Positions 18,897 to 29,479 of a stretch of DNA of 64,000 nt are shown piece after piece. A model generated the notes under the pieces. The model had not been told where the DNA came from. It was given only the letters and a program-made list of their open reading frames with translations, and ran no database searches. The number at the start of each line of letters is the position of its first letter. The stretch's first letter is position 1. The position numbers and the translations under genes are program-made. Source of the DNA: Sedimentisphaerales bacterium (lineage in GTDB: Bacteria > Planctomycetota > Phycisphaerae > Sedimentisphaerales > SM23-30); assembly GCA_963663805.2 (NCBI GenBank), contig CAXXMR010000002.1:111949-175948 (forward strand), given 5' to 3'.

Positions 18897-20111
18897 CTAG
18901 AATCCCGGCATTCCCCGGTGATTTCCGCCCACAATCGCCTTGCCCTCAATCTCCACCAACCAGCCCGGTCGGCACACCGGTGCCCGCATTATCACCATTG
19001 GAACCTCACCCAGCCGCTCCCGCATTTTTGTACCGACCAATTCCGCGTCACAAATATCCCGCAGATAAACCAGCACCACCGCCATATCTTCCAGCTCCGC
19101 CCCGGCGGCCCTGAGAACCGCCTGGGAATTTTCCAGAGTACGTTCCAGCTGTTTGCCCACATCCCCCTCATGTAAGATTTTGCCTTCCCTGTCGATACTC
19201 GCCGTCCCCGAAAGCAGCACATGTTTACGGTCCCGATACGCCAGGGCTGTACCTCGCTCAAAAGTTACCCCATAAACATTTGTCGGGCTCATATACTCCG
19301 GCACATGCAGATATTCCACCTGTTCAGCCCGCACCGCTTCTATCGCGTAAGCGTCCATTAAAACCTTGACCGCCGGGTCCGCATAATTTCCTTCGATACC
19401 CGTACTGGCGATATAATGCGTATCTGCCCTCAGCCCGCACCGTTCAAAAAGCTCCCGCCGCGCCTCCACCAGCCCCTTATAGTTCGCGTCCACGTTCTGT
19501 ACGAAAAGCCAGGTCCGCACCACATTATCCGTCAGTGTCATATTATGTTTCTGTAGATAATCCTCATAAAACTCGAATACCTTTTCGGTCTGTTCATACG
19601 AGCTTTCAAACTCTCCCGTATTCAGCCCTGTCGTCCAGTGATGCGTCAGTCTGCCCCGCTGGACCCGCACCGAGCGTCCCTCCTTAATCTTTGCTAAATC
19701 GCCCCGGTCATCTTCCACATGATACGCCCACAGTACCACCTTACTGACTCCCATCGGCGGTTGGCCCACCCAACTGACCGCGCAGGTCTCCGTGCTGTCG
19801 GGGTTTGCCAGATAATTACTGGCCAGAACCGCCTGCTGGTTTACCAGGTCGCTGCAAAAATATCGCCGCGCTACCGCACCAGCCATTCCCAACCCCAGCT
19901 CCGCCAATGCCTCGCTATATCCTGCCAACACCTCAGCCAACTGCTTTTCAAAAAGCCCGTACTCATCAGGCGTAACCACCAGATGGTATTCCGTTACCCC
20001 ATCTGTTCCCCGAAACCGTGAAACCTTAACAGACACATTCGCTCCTGCCTGTCCTGAATATTCCATCCGCCCGCCCAGATAAAAATCAGATTTATTATCA
20101 ATAGTTGTCAT
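18897..20111 (-). CDS. long Rid/YjgF-like family protein
   Basis: VVRTWLFV, YGVTFERGT, LSGTASID, APVCRPGWLVEIEG. Confidence 0.75.
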   Translation of the reverse strand: MTTIDNKSDFYLGGRMEYSGQAGANVSVKVSRFRGTDGVTEYHLVVTPDEYGLFEKQLAEVLAGYSEALAELGLGMAGAVARRYFCSDLVNQQAVLASNYLANPDSTETCAVSWVGQPPMGVSKVVLWAYHVEDDRGDLAKIKEGRSVRVQRGRLTHHWTTGLNTGEFESSYEQTEKVFEFYEDYLQKHNMTLTDNVVRTWLFVQNVDANYKGLVEARRELFERCGLRADTHYIASTGIEGNYADPAVKVLMDAYAIEAVRAEQVEYLHVPEYMSPTNVYGVTFERGTALAYRDRKHVLLSGTASIDREGKILHEGDVGKQLERTLENSQAVLRAAGAELEDMAVVLVYLRDICDAELVGTKMRERLGEVPMVIMRAPVCRPGWLVEIEGKAIVGGNHRGMPGF

Positions 20112-20188
20112 TAAGTAAAAAACTTTCTCAAAAAAATGTCAGAGCCGCACACATTTCAGAGCCGCGCACGTTAGTAAGCGGTTGCCTT

Positions 20189-22672
20189 TTATCGTTCCTG
20201 CCTCATGCCACTTGTCTCATGCCTTCCAACACCAACTACCTCAACGGGTATTGCCGGCAAAACTCCCATCGACACTCGCTGAATCTGTTTACCCTTATTG
20301 GTCTGTCGTTCGATGCTCCTGAATGTTTCGACAATCAGATTATCCTGATAGCCATCCAGTGAAGTTCCTTCTTCAACCTGAATCTTAAACGCCAGGCCGT
20401 TCCGCACCGTCCGCACATCCGCCAGACTAAAGCCCGCCGGTGCATCATTCAACTCCAGTTCCAGTTCATCAAGTAGAGGTCGCCGCGGCGTACGTATAAC
20501 CACTTGCGTACTGCCGCCCGCCGGAATATTTATCCGCTCGGTACTCGCCAGTTTCATATCGGGACTCTTCCACCTTACTTTTTGAACCTCCAGAACCTGC
20601 TCCCGCACCGGCACCAGATGCCGCCACAAAAACGCCTGCATCATATTTTCAGCCGGAACCGCCGCCCGCCGCAACGTTTTACCCGCGATCATCGCTTCAC
20701 CTTCAAACCGCAGATTCACCAGGGCCTCCTTCGTGCCATTGGGAACCTTAATCGTCATCTTGACCTCATCACGACCAGCCGGAATCAAACCGCCGGCCAG
20801 CTCAAAGCCTGCCGGTGCATCCTTCAGATTAATCGCAATCTCACCCTCGAAATCATTCTTTCGCAAAGCGTGTACGCAAACCGGCACCAGCCCGCCGGTT
20901 TGCGCCGTCAAACTCGGCGGCGTAACCCGCAGTTCATAATCACCTTGTGCTTGAGATATGTGCAGCCGATACGCGTAAGCCTGCCCACCGTGCTGCTGAG
21001 TCTCCGCAAGATGCACATAATAACTGCCGTCCTCCGGCAGCTTCACCCGCAGATAAGAATCCGCGTGATGGGTCATTAACCCCACAATATCCAGATGCAG
21101 ATGTCCCTCTTTTACCATGTGGTCATCGTTCCAGTCCAGCACTTCACCTGCCTGATTCGTAAGCTTCAACAGCGAATCAATCGGCGAGTTAAGCCGCCGC
21201 CCGAAAACTTCGATAACCACTTCCGTGCCCGCCTTGCCCTCCAGCCGGAAAATATCAACGTCATTGGCCTTTTCGATTCGACCGTTGACAATCATCGGCA
21301 GCGTAACCGCCTGAGCCCCCTCGATATTATCGTTACCCTCAGCCTCCATACATTCCGGCAAATCATCCACCGCGTAAGTAACCAAATTGGAAAGCCGTTC
21401 CCGGCGCGAGAACATTGTTTGTTTAATCCCGCAATCATCCGCCTTACTCTCCAGCGTCAATTCCTTACGGGCCAGGTTCCAGCCTCGAATCTGAGCCTTG
21501 CTCTCACTGCCCGCGGTCGTACCCAGCGGAAAAATCTGCGTAATAAATGGCAGTTCGCCCACTGCCACCCGATACACAAAATCTTCACGTCCCCGATAAA
21601 TCGAATCTCGTATCTCCAGCGTATATTCGCCATCCTGCGGTATCCGATACAGTAGCACCGGGTCCGGATTAAACTGGTAGTCATCCGCGTAGGCTACCTC
21701 ATTGCCCTTGTCGTCATACAATGCCAGCGTCGCCTGAAACCAACCCGGCACCGCGTCGGCCAGATAGGGTATCAAACTCCGGGCCTCAGTTTCAATCACC
21801 AGCTTCTGTCCCCGCACCGCTTCGAACCGCCACTTGTCAACATCACCCGGCATAATTTGCCCGTTCAGCACCACTGGCAGAGTCACCACATCCGGCCTCA
21901 AAAACTTTTCCATGCGCCACCGGCCCGGAAACTTCTCATCGCCGTTTGGCTCCAGCTCATAAACTTCCGGCAGAGAACCTATCTGAAACGCCAGCGGATT
22001 TGTCAATCCCATCCTGCCGCTCGCCCGCAGTTCCCGGAACCCCGGCTCCGCGTTCTTATCTATCGTCACCTCTACCGTCAGAGATTCCGCCAACTGACGA
22101 TTATCCTGCATCTTGTCACGGTCGTAGTACAACAGACTGCTGATATGGGCCAGCTCCCGCAGGTTTTTGTTCTCCAGGTCATAAAGCAGATAATGCTTGG
22201 GCATCTTCACTACGCCGTTATCAGCACTTTTATTTTTACGGACCTGATTATTTTTCGGGTTATCTGATTCTGACGCCGGCGTTTTTTTCTCAGGTTTCAG
22301 TTCCGCTCCCTGGCCGGCCCTGTTCCTGGCAATCTGAGCGTTGACTCCCATCTCCTCCAGCCGTGTATCGGTCAATTCCTTAAGAGTTTCACGAACCAGC
22401 ACCCGCTGTTCCGGCTGAACACCCTTCATGCTCCTGCCGTGTTCCATAATCCGGGCCGTAACCCCCGCACCCGTAACATAAACTTCCTGAGCCCCGCCCA
22501 GATACTGACCGCCTATCGTTACGATGAACGTCTGACCCTGCTGACCGCCGGCTGGATAAATATAGCCGATATGCGGGACACGTTCAGCCGCCTGGCCCCA
22601 TACCGATGACGAACCGAAAACCAGCACCGTCCCAAATAATATCACGATTTTTAACTTTGCCATAATATCCAT
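20189..22672 (-). CDS. secreted PPC (pre-peptidase C-terminal)-repeat protein
   Basis: Signal peptide; IYPAGGQQG; two E-x-E-P/G-N...VNG-x-I...DVD modules. Confidence 0.8.
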   Translation of the reverse strand: MDIMAKLKIVILFGTVLVFGSSSVWGQAAERVPHIGYIYPAGGQQGQTFIVTIGGQYLGGAQEVYVTGAGVTARIMEHGRSMKGVQPEQRVLVRETLKELTDTRLEEMGVNAQIARNRAGQGAELKPEKKTPASESDNPKNNQVRKNKSADNGVVKMPKHYLLYDLENKNLRELAHISSLLYYDRDKMQDNRQLAESLTVEVTIDKNAEPGFRELRASGRMGLTNPLAFQIGSLPEVYELEPNGDEKFPGRWRMEKFLRPDVVTLPVVLNGQIMPGDVDKWRFEAVRGQKLVIETEARSLIPYLADAVPGWFQATLALYDDKGNEVAYADDYQFNPDPVLLYRIPQDGEYTLEIRDSIYRGREDFVYRVAVGELPFITQIFPLGTTAGSESKAQIRGWNLARKELTLESKADDCGIKQTMFSRRERLSNLVTYAVDDLPECMEAEGNDNIEGAQAVTLPMIVNGRIEKANDVDIFRLEGKAGTEVVIEVFGRRLNSPIDSLLKLTNQAGEVLDWNDDHMVKEGHLHLDIVGLMTHHADSYLRVKLPEDGSYYVHLAETQQHGGQAYAYRLHISQAQGDYELRVTPPSLTAQTGGLVPVCVHALRKNDFEGEIAINLKDAPAGFELAGGLIPAGRDEVKMTIKVPNGTKEALVNLRFEGEAMIAGKTLRRAAVPAENMMQAFLWRHLVPVREQVLEVQKVRWKSPDMKLASTERINIPAGGSTQVVIRTPRRPLLDELELELNDAPAGFSLADVRTVRNGLAFKIQVEEGTSLDGYQDNLIVETFRSIERQTNKGKQIQRVSMGVLPAIPVEVVGVGRHETSGMRQER

Positions 22673-22683
22673 TATATGCTCAC

Positions 22684-23988
22684 TCACATAATCTCGCTCA
22701 ACCGTCCCTTGCCATCCTGCGTCGTCGGCATCACACTGACATCCAGCCCGCATTTATTCGGCAGCTTTCCCGCCGGGTCAATCCCCATCTGTTCATAAAT
22801 GCTCGCGATAAGTTCTTCCGGATAAACCGGTCGCGCCGCGACTTCCTCGCCCCGTTTGTCCGAACTGCCCACCACCTGCCCGCCTTTGAAACCACCGCCG
22901 GCCAGCACCGAACAGAAACAATTACCAAAATGTGACCGTCCCCCATTCCACGGCGACTCCCACATCACTTTGGGAGTCCTGCCAAACTCGCCGCCCCACC
23001 ATACAATTGTACTGTCCAGCAGTCCTCTATCCGACAAATCCTCCAGCAAAGTCGCCATCCCCGCGTCCAACTCCGGCAGCTTGCGGTTCATCGCCTCAAA
23101 ATGCTGTTTATGCGTATCCCAACCGCGGTAGTTAATCGTAACATAAGGCACGCCGCTTTCCACCAGCCGCCGGGCCGTCAGACACGCCTGGCCAAAAGTA
23201 TTCTTGCCGTAACGCTCCCGCAGCTCATCTTTTTCCTGCGTCAAATCAAACAGCTCTCGCGCCTCGCCAAACATCAAATCATAAGCGTTCTTTTCGCAAA
23301 CCTCCAGTTTGGCAAACTCCGCATTGCTTTCCATAGCCCCGCCCAGCGTATCAAGTTTGTCGAGCAGTTTCCGCCGCTGCTGCTGACGCTCATCCGAAAT
23401 CCCTTCGCTGATAATCCCTTCCACCGCGAATGGTTCTTTGGCCGGGTCACCGCCGGTTGCGAACGGTTTGTATCGCGGCCCCAGAAAGCCCGCCTCCGAG
23501 AACCGTCCCTGCGGCTCAGTCAAAACAATATAAGGCGGCACCAGCCCTTTATACCCCGCGTCCAGCCCCTTAAACAGGGACACTACCGCACCAGCCGACG
23601 GAAAAACCTGACGACCCGGCTCACGCCCCGTCTGCACTCGATAGGATGCCGTTTCGTGAGCGTTTATCCGATGCGTCATACTGCGTATTATCGAGTATTT
23701 ATCCGCCTGACCCGCCAGCTTCGGCAGCAGTTGGCCAATCTGAATACCTTTTACATTAGTTTCTATCGGCTTATCCAGAGGTCCGCAATAATCATATCCG
23801 GCTTCCGGTTTCGGATCAAACGTATCCAGATGAGCCGGCCCACCCCACATCCATATCTGTATCACCGACTTGGCCTTGCCCCCAATCACTCCCGGCGAAC
23901 CAAATGCCGCCAGACTGTCCCCTAATGCTATTCCGCCCACACCCGCCAAAGACCATCTCAATAATTCACGCCGACTTATGATATTCAT
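22684..23988 (-). CDS. DUF1501 protein with Tat-like signal
   Basis: SRRELL; MWGGPAHLDTFDPKP; GWDTH; GEFGRTP. Confidence 0.92.
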   Translation of the reverse strand: MNIISRRELLRWSLAGVGGIALGDSLAAFGSPGVIGGKAKSVIQIWMWGGPAHLDTFDPKPEAGYDYCGPLDKPIETNVKGIQIGQLLPKLAGQADKYSIIRSMTHRINAHETASYRVQTGREPGRQVFPSAGAVVSLFKGLDAGYKGLVPPYIVLTEPQGRFSEAGFLGPRYKPFATGGDPAKEPFAVEGIISEGISDERQQQRRKLLDKLDTLGGAMESNAEFAKLEVCEKNAYDLMFGEARELFDLTQEKDELRERYGKNTFGQACLTARRLVESGVPYVTINYRGWDTHKQHFEAMNRKLPELDAGMATLLEDLSDRGLLDSTIVWWGGEFGRTPKVMWESPWNGGRSHFGNCFCSVLAGGGFKGGQVVGSSDKRGEEVAARPVYPEELIASIYEQMGIDPAGKLPNKCGLDVSVMPTTQDGKGRLSEIM

Positions 23989-24061
23989 ATTAAACTCTCA
24001 ATTAGTTTGTCAGAGCCGCGCACGTCAGTAAGCGGTTGCCGTTGCCTCTTGCCTTCTTCCC

Positions 24062-25630
24062 TCAATGCCGATACAAAAACTCTTTGCTGTTAATCAACGC
24101 CCAGGCCACATCCGCCGCCGCTTCCTGACCTTCAACCCCGTCCTGCTGCAAAAACTCGTTCACCAGTGTTTCTTCCTGTTCCGTCGGATACCGAGAAAGA
24201 ATTGTTAGGTACAGTTCCGTCAAAAGTTTACCCTTATTACGTTTGTTCCGACTGTAAATGTTTTTCAAAATCTGGCTTTTCTCCACCTTATCCTGCACGT
24301 CCCGCGAATTAAGCAGATACAAACGCTGCTCATCGCTTATTTCCAGATTCCGCTCCGAGAACATCCCTGTGTCACGAGTAGGCCGACCGAACATTTCCAG
24401 AAACATACTCGTTATGCTCCCGTCCTCCAGCTCGATACTCCGGTGGGCTTCCGGCACAAAAGTAAACGGCTCCGGTATTGCACTGGAATAGCTTTCGTCA
24501 CCGTCACCAATATAATTCAAAGCGTCAATCAATACCTCCGCGTCCAGCCGCCGTACCGGATAGCACGCCAGATAAACCGCTGCGTCCGGGTCGTCGGTTT
24601 TTGCGATAGACGACTGCTGATAAACCTGACTGTTAAAAATCAGTCGATAGATATGCCGCAAATCATAATGACCACGCACCAGCTCTTTCTCCAGATACGC
24701 CAGCACCTCAGGATAAGTCGCCGGGTTATCGTCGCGAATATCATCCGGTTCATGAATCAGCCCCCGACCAAATACCCAGGCCCAGATTCGGTTCACTGCG
24801 TTTTTGGCAAACCACCGATTATCATTCGCTGTCAGCCATTTGGCAAACACCGCCCGCGGGTCTTCGTCAGGCCCAACGCTTACTTCCTCACCGTCCGGCA
24901 GCACCGCTTTGAATTCAGCCACAGGCCGTGGGTCCAGATACACAATCTCCTCTTTCCATTCCGCCGTACCCTTAAACGCCACCCGCGAAAAAAACTTCGC
25001 CAGCTCCGCCCGTTGCTCCGCCTGCCCCTCGCCCAGCCGCACTCCCATAAACGTAAGCGCCGCTGAATCCGCAATCGTGCCCGGCTCGTGCCCCTGCATT
25101 GCCCGATAAAAATTTACCTGACCTACCCGGAAATTACTGCCGTTCGAGGTCAGCAATTCCTGCGCAAATTTATCATAAGGCATATTATCGCGAATCGCTT
25201 CATAAACCCACCGCCGATAGGCCTGCACCGCGTTAGGCCAAAGATTAATCGGAAACTCCGCCTTCACCCGCAAAACATCACACCATTTCAGCGTCCAGTA
25301 ATCGACAAACTCCTCCCGCTCCACCAGCTCATCAATCAGCATTGCACGCTTTTGTGAATTATCATTATCCAGAAACTGCCGCACTTCTTTAGCTGTCGGC
25401 AATGTCCCAATCAAATCCAGATATACCCGCCTGACAAAAACCTCATCCGAGCAGAGATTCGTCTGTGCCAATCCCCGCTCCGCCAGCGACCCAAAAATCA
25501 TAGCATCGATTCGGCCTTGAACCTTACCATCGCTCTCAGCCTCAAAAGGCCGAACCAGCCCCTCCGCCCAACTAGTCGATTCCAGCGCCAACACTGCCCA
25601 TATTAACAGTACCAGACCATAATCACGCAT
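24062..25630 (-). CDS. DUF1549/DUF1553 (PSD) protein
   Basis: DEVFVRRVYLDLIGTLPT; NRIWAWVFGRGL; RRLDAE; WALINSKEFLYRH. Confidence 0.92.
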   Translation of the reverse strand: MRDYGLVLLIWAVLALESTSWAEGLVRPFEAESDGKVQGRIDAMIFGSLAERGLAQTNLCSDEVFVRRVYLDLIGTLPTAKEVRQFLDNDNSQKRAMLIDELVEREEFVDYWTLKWCDVLRVKAEFPINLWPNAVQAYRRWVYEAIRDNMPYDKFAQELLTSNGSNFRVGQVNFYRAMQGHEPGTIADSAALTFMGVRLGEGQAEQRAELAKFFSRVAFKGTAEWKEEIVYLDPRPVAEFKAVLPDGEEVSVGPDEDPRAVFAKWLTANDNRWFAKNAVNRIWAWVFGRGLIHEPDDIRDDNPATYPEVLAYLEKELVRGHYDLRHIYRLIFNSQVYQQSSIAKTDDPDAAVYLACYPVRRLDAEVLIDALNYIGDGDESYSSAIPEPFTFVPEAHRSIELEDGSITSMFLEMFGRPTRDTGMFSERNLEISDEQRLYLLNSRDVQDKVEKSQILKNIYSRNKRNKGKLLTELYLTILSRYPTEQEETLVNEFLQQDGVEGQEAAADVAWALINSKEFLYRH

Positions 25631-25758
25631 AGGCCGCTCCTACATATGTGCAACCGTATCGGCCGCGGAAACACCACACTTGCCGTCCATGCCGACCAGT
25701 GTTCAACGATTCAAATGGCTATATATTGCCATCATGGCCCAGAAATCTCGAAAATAAC

Positions 25759-28026
25759 TTATTTATTCTGAATCCGAACCTTTTTGCCGCCGTCCTGAAT
25801 TCCCGACATTAAAACGTGGATACTCAACAGAATATACTCTTCACGTGCCCCCCCAAATTCCCGCAACCGCTCCCGGCATTCATCTAATACCAATAACACC
25901 GTATCAGATAACAAGTTACTAGGTGCAAGCTCGATAAGTTCTATCAATTTCTCGGCTCCGACCGCTGCCTCGCCCCGTGAGAATTTGTCCGCGCACTCTT
26001 CTGCGACCTGCTGGAACCTGTTGTCCGTATGGTTCTGTCGTTGATTTGCCTTGCTTATCGATAAAATCCCCTGAGCGATGCCGGTTTCCGCATCGTCACG
26101 TATACTTTGCCGCAGCCGGATATACTTTTTCTCGTCACCCACGATCCGCGCCGCCGCCAGCGTAAGTTCACTTCGCAGCGAAGTGTTTTTGTTCGCGTAA
26201 AGATAGGCCAATATTGGCTTTAATGCCTCGGTCACCCTCAGCCGCCCCAACGCCGAAGCACACGCCACCCGAACCTCATCTAAACTTTCACTCTGGAACT
26301 TCTCCAGCATGAAACCCCCGCTGTCATAATCACCCAACGTCGCCAACGCCCGCGCACTGCGGGCCCGCAGTAGTGGATATTCGCTCAGCAGAGTCTCACG
26401 CAGGCCCAGAATAGCGCTTTGGTCACCCAGCCGACCCAACGCCCAAGCCGCCGCCAGAGAAAGTTCTGCATCATTGCCGCCCAGAATCTCCAAAAGCCCA
26501 TCCAGTACTTCCGGCGTGGACTTCATCCGCGCCAAAGAAATTATCGCTTCATACCGAACGTTGAAACTTGGGTCGTGCATCGCTTCCAAAAGTTCATTCG
26601 TACTCAGCGGGCTGCTCAGCTTGCCTAGTTTCTCGGTCAGCGATACCCGCCCGCTCTCGTCCGGGGCCATGCGATACCTAATCATCAGGCTTAATGTCTG
26701 AATCGGGTTGCCCTGGATAAACATACCCACAAACTGTCTTACTTTCATCGAACCGCCGCCGCGAAGCTCCCGCAGCAGCACCAGGCTTATCACCAGCAAT
26801 ACCGAGATATACAAAAACAATATGCTGAACTGGTCGATAACAATTCCGCCGAACCTCGTATTAACGCCCGCCAGAGCATCCAGCAGCAATCCCGCCGTCA
26901 AAGGACCCACTCCGCCGCTAAGCCCCATCACTGCGTAATAAAGAATCATATAACCGTTTTTGCGAGCGTCTTCCGGCACCGCGTTATTGAACAGATATGT
27001 CCCCGCTGCCACTGCCCAGCCCGTTATCATTATCCCCGAAAAACCCTGAACCCCTACGCCAATCCAAAGAGAATATTCATGATGACGAGGAATCAGCAGC
27101 AGAAAAAAAGGCAGTAGAATAAAAGCGCTCAAACCCGTCAGCATCGTGGGCTTGCCCCCAAATCTGTCCGCTGCCCAGCCCCATAAAAACGAGGATAAAG
27201 TCGCACCCGTATAAAAGGCCATGTCCAGCCAGAGTACCTTTGCGGTATCGATACCCACCTTTTCCTTGAAGAACAGAGGGTTCAACGCCAGAGAAGTAAC
27301 AGCCAGCGTTACCAGCCCCCAGCCCGCCAGTAAACGCAAAAACTGACGATTCTTCAGGGGTTCCCGCAGAGTTGTCCAGACCGGCAGATGATGTTCACGA
27401 GCTACCGCCGCCCCGCCCGGAACCTGACCGCTGCAAAACAGCCCTAACGCGCCTATGAATACACCGCCCCCCATGATATACATAAAACGACTCAAACCCG
27501 TACCCCGATAGATTATATAACTCGCCCCAGCCATACTCAGAACCACTACCAGATTATTCAACGCACTGCTGATAGCTGTAAACTTCCCCCGAATCCGGTC
27601 TGGAATTATATCTTTACCCCAGGACAAGCCAGCCGTTTCCGCCACGGACCGAAAAAGAGCAAACGCCAAAACGATAAATGCCAGCCAGCCAAAAGTAAAC
27701 TTAATACCCTGCCACGCCAGCAAACCCGGAGTCAACAGCAGACCCAGAGCGACAACTGTCCGGGCCCCATAGAACATTAGAAAACTTCGTTTGTATCCCA
27801 TCCGTTGTATCAACGGCCCCACAAACAACGCTGACAAACCGCAAAAAGGAAGCAGAGACTGGATTATTCCGATTCGCGTCATATCCAGTTCCAACTCACG
27901 CAAAAACAGCGTAAAGATCGCCCCAAAGAAAGTCGTGAACGCGAAAATCGTATAGAAAATCCCCGCCCCCAGCTGCCATTTCAAGCTGCGGTGTTTCTCC
28001 AGATTGGTCACAATTTCACTACTCAT
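25759..28026 (-). CDS. MFS transporter fused to C-terminal HEAT repeats
   Basis: About 12 TM segments, WGWAADRFGGK; HEAT-like VRYEAIISLAR, AAAWALGRLGD, RSARALATLGD. Confidence 0.85.
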   Translation of the reverse strand: MSSEIVTNLEKHRSLKWQLGAGIFYTIFAFTTFFGAIFTLFLRELELDMTRIGIIQSLLPFCGLSALFVGPLIQRMGYKRSFLMFYGARTVVALGLLLTPGLLAWQGIKFTFGWLAFIVLAFALFRSVAETAGLSWGKDIIPDRIRGKFTAISSALNNLVVVLSMAGASYIIYRGTGLSRFMYIMGGGVFIGALGLFCSGQVPGGAAVAREHHLPVWTTLREPLKNRQFLRLLAGWGLVTLAVTSLALNPLFFKEKVGIDTAKVLWLDMAFYTGATLSSFLWGWAADRFGGKPTMLTGLSAFILLPFFLLLIPRHHEYSLWIGVGVQGFSGIMITGWAVAAGTYLFNNAVPEDARKNGYMILYYAVMGLSGGVGPLTAGLLLDALAGVNTRFGGIVIDQFSILFLYISVLLVISLVLLRELRGGGSMKVRQFVGMFIQGNPIQTLSLMIRYRMAPDESGRVSLTEKLGKLSSPLSTNELLEAMHDPSFNVRYEAIISLARMKSTPEVLDGLLEILGGNDAELSLAAAWALGRLGDQSAILGLRETLLSEYPLLRARSARALATLGDYDSGGFMLEKFQSESLDEVRVACASALGRLRVTEALKPILAYLYANKNTSLRSELTLAAARIVGDEKKYIRLRQSIRDDAETGIAQGILSISKANQRQNHTDNRFQQVAEECADKFSRGEAAVGAEKLIELIELAPSNLLSDTVLLVLDECRERLREFGGAREEYILLSIHVLMSGIQDGGKKVRIQNK

Positions 28027-28062
28027 GGCTTACCGTCGCTCAAAACAAAGTACTTCCAGAGC

Positions 28063-28866
28063 CTATCTTCCCTGCCAGTTGACTACCGGATTTTCCAGCC
28101 GGCCTATACCCTCAATTTCAATTACAATCTTATCACCAACTTGCAGAGATACCGGCTCCGGACGAGCGAAACCAACCCCGCTGGGCGTGCCCGTCAGAAT
28201 AATCGTACCCGGCAGAAGCGCCATATTCCGAGATATATAACTGACAAGCTCATCAACCGTAAAAATCATCCCCAGAGTATTGTCTTCCTGCATAACCTCC
28301 CCGTTCAGGACCGAGCGAACCCCCAGATTCGTAACATCCACCTCGGTTTCCAAAACCGGACCCAGCGGACAAAATGTATCAAACGACTTGGCCCGTGCCC
28401 ACTGCTTATCCAGTTTCTGCTGACAGTCACGCGCCGTAACATCATTCGCACACGTATAGCCCAGAATATAATCCGCCACATTTTCTACCGGCACATTCTT
28501 GCATTTTTTCCCGATGACCGCCGCCAGTTCAGCCTCATAATCCACAAAATAAGGTGCCATTTCCGGCAGAACAATCGGCTGTAAATGCCCCGTAACCGTA
28601 GTTGTCGCCTTGAGAAACAATACCGGCCGCTCTGGCAGAGAATCATTAAACTCCGCCGCGTGAGCTCGATAATTCAAACCCACCGCGATAATATTCGGCG
28701 GGTCAACCGGCGCCAGATAGCGTTCGACATCATCAAGCTGACAGTATTTCCCGGTACTTTCATGCTCGCCCAGCAAATCACCTTCATAAAGTTCGATTCG
28801 GTTTTCTGCCTGAAATACCCCCAGCCGGGTCTTGCCTTTTACATCGATGAACCGTACATATTTCAT
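28063..28866 (-). CDS. fumarylacetoacetate hydrolase family protein
   Basis: GLNYRAH, DYEAELA, NDVTARD, KSFDTFCPLGP, TGTPSGVG. Confidence 0.93.
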   Translation of the reverse strand: MKYVRFIDVKGKTRLGVFQAENRIELYEGDLLGEHESTGKYCQLDDVERYLAPVDPPNIIAVGLNYRAHAAEFNDSLPERPVLFLKATTTVTGHLQPIVLPEMAPYFVDYEAELAAVIGKKCKNVPVENVADYILGYTCANDVTARDCQQKLDKQWARAKSFDTFCPLGPVLETEVDVTNLGVRSVLNGEVMQEDNTLGMIFTVDELVSYISRNMALLPGTIILTGTPSGVGFARPEPVSLQVGDKIVIEIEGIGRLENPVVNWQGR

Positions 28867-29127
28867 AGAATCACCTTTTCCTTTTTTTTATTTCCGCGCG
28901 ACCATCTAACTCTTATTTATCCCGTCAGGCAAGGCCAATATCATCTTTTCGGCCATTTTTTCGCGGCGTTCACAAAAATAAAACTTTTACCGTCAAATTA
29001 TCTCGCCCGGCGCACAAAATCACCCTGAGAACAAATAAAGAAAAGAACACCCCTTGAAAATCTCTCAAACCACCCCCATGTCGTTAAAAAACCGCACAAT
29101 CCGTGTAATCCGCGGTTAAACATCCGC

Positions 29128-29234
29128 GTAATCCGCGGCTAAATATTTTTTCTGATAGAATTTAGTGCTTGGGGTTTCCAGTTTATCTGGGTTAGGGCTT
29201 AGAATTTAGAGCTTAGAATTTCTAGTTTATCTGG
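29128..29234 (+). repeat. about 107-bp direct repeat (family E, TTAGAATTT / CCAGTTTATCTGG); second copy 32251-32358, partial copy about 50790-50815
   Basis: First ~70 bp match except for one T-run length; few mismatches after that. Confidence 0.9.
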
Positions 29235-29235
29235 C

Positions 29236-29406
29236 TCAGGGTTGAACAATCTTAAAAAAAGTACCGAACAAATCCTGTCCCGCCCAGCAAATCAAACCGG
29301 TCGTAACCGCCAGAACCACCGCCGTCGCTGTCAGAAGGGCGGTATAAACATCATTCCCGGCACCTGACAGCCGACTGACCTTTTTTCCAGTATCAAGAGG
29401 GCTCAT
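29236..29406 (-). CDS. small single-TM protein
   Basis: GAGGA RBS; NDVYTALL followed by a TM helix. Confidence 0.6.
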   Translation of the reverse strand: MSPLDTGKKVSRLSGAGNDVYTALLTATAVVLAVTTGLICWAGQDLFGTFFKIVQP

Positions 29407-29479
29407 CGCGTATATCCTCAATCCCCCGTTATTCAATTTACCTTAACAAATAACGATTTTCCGTCAACCAAGCCGGTTA

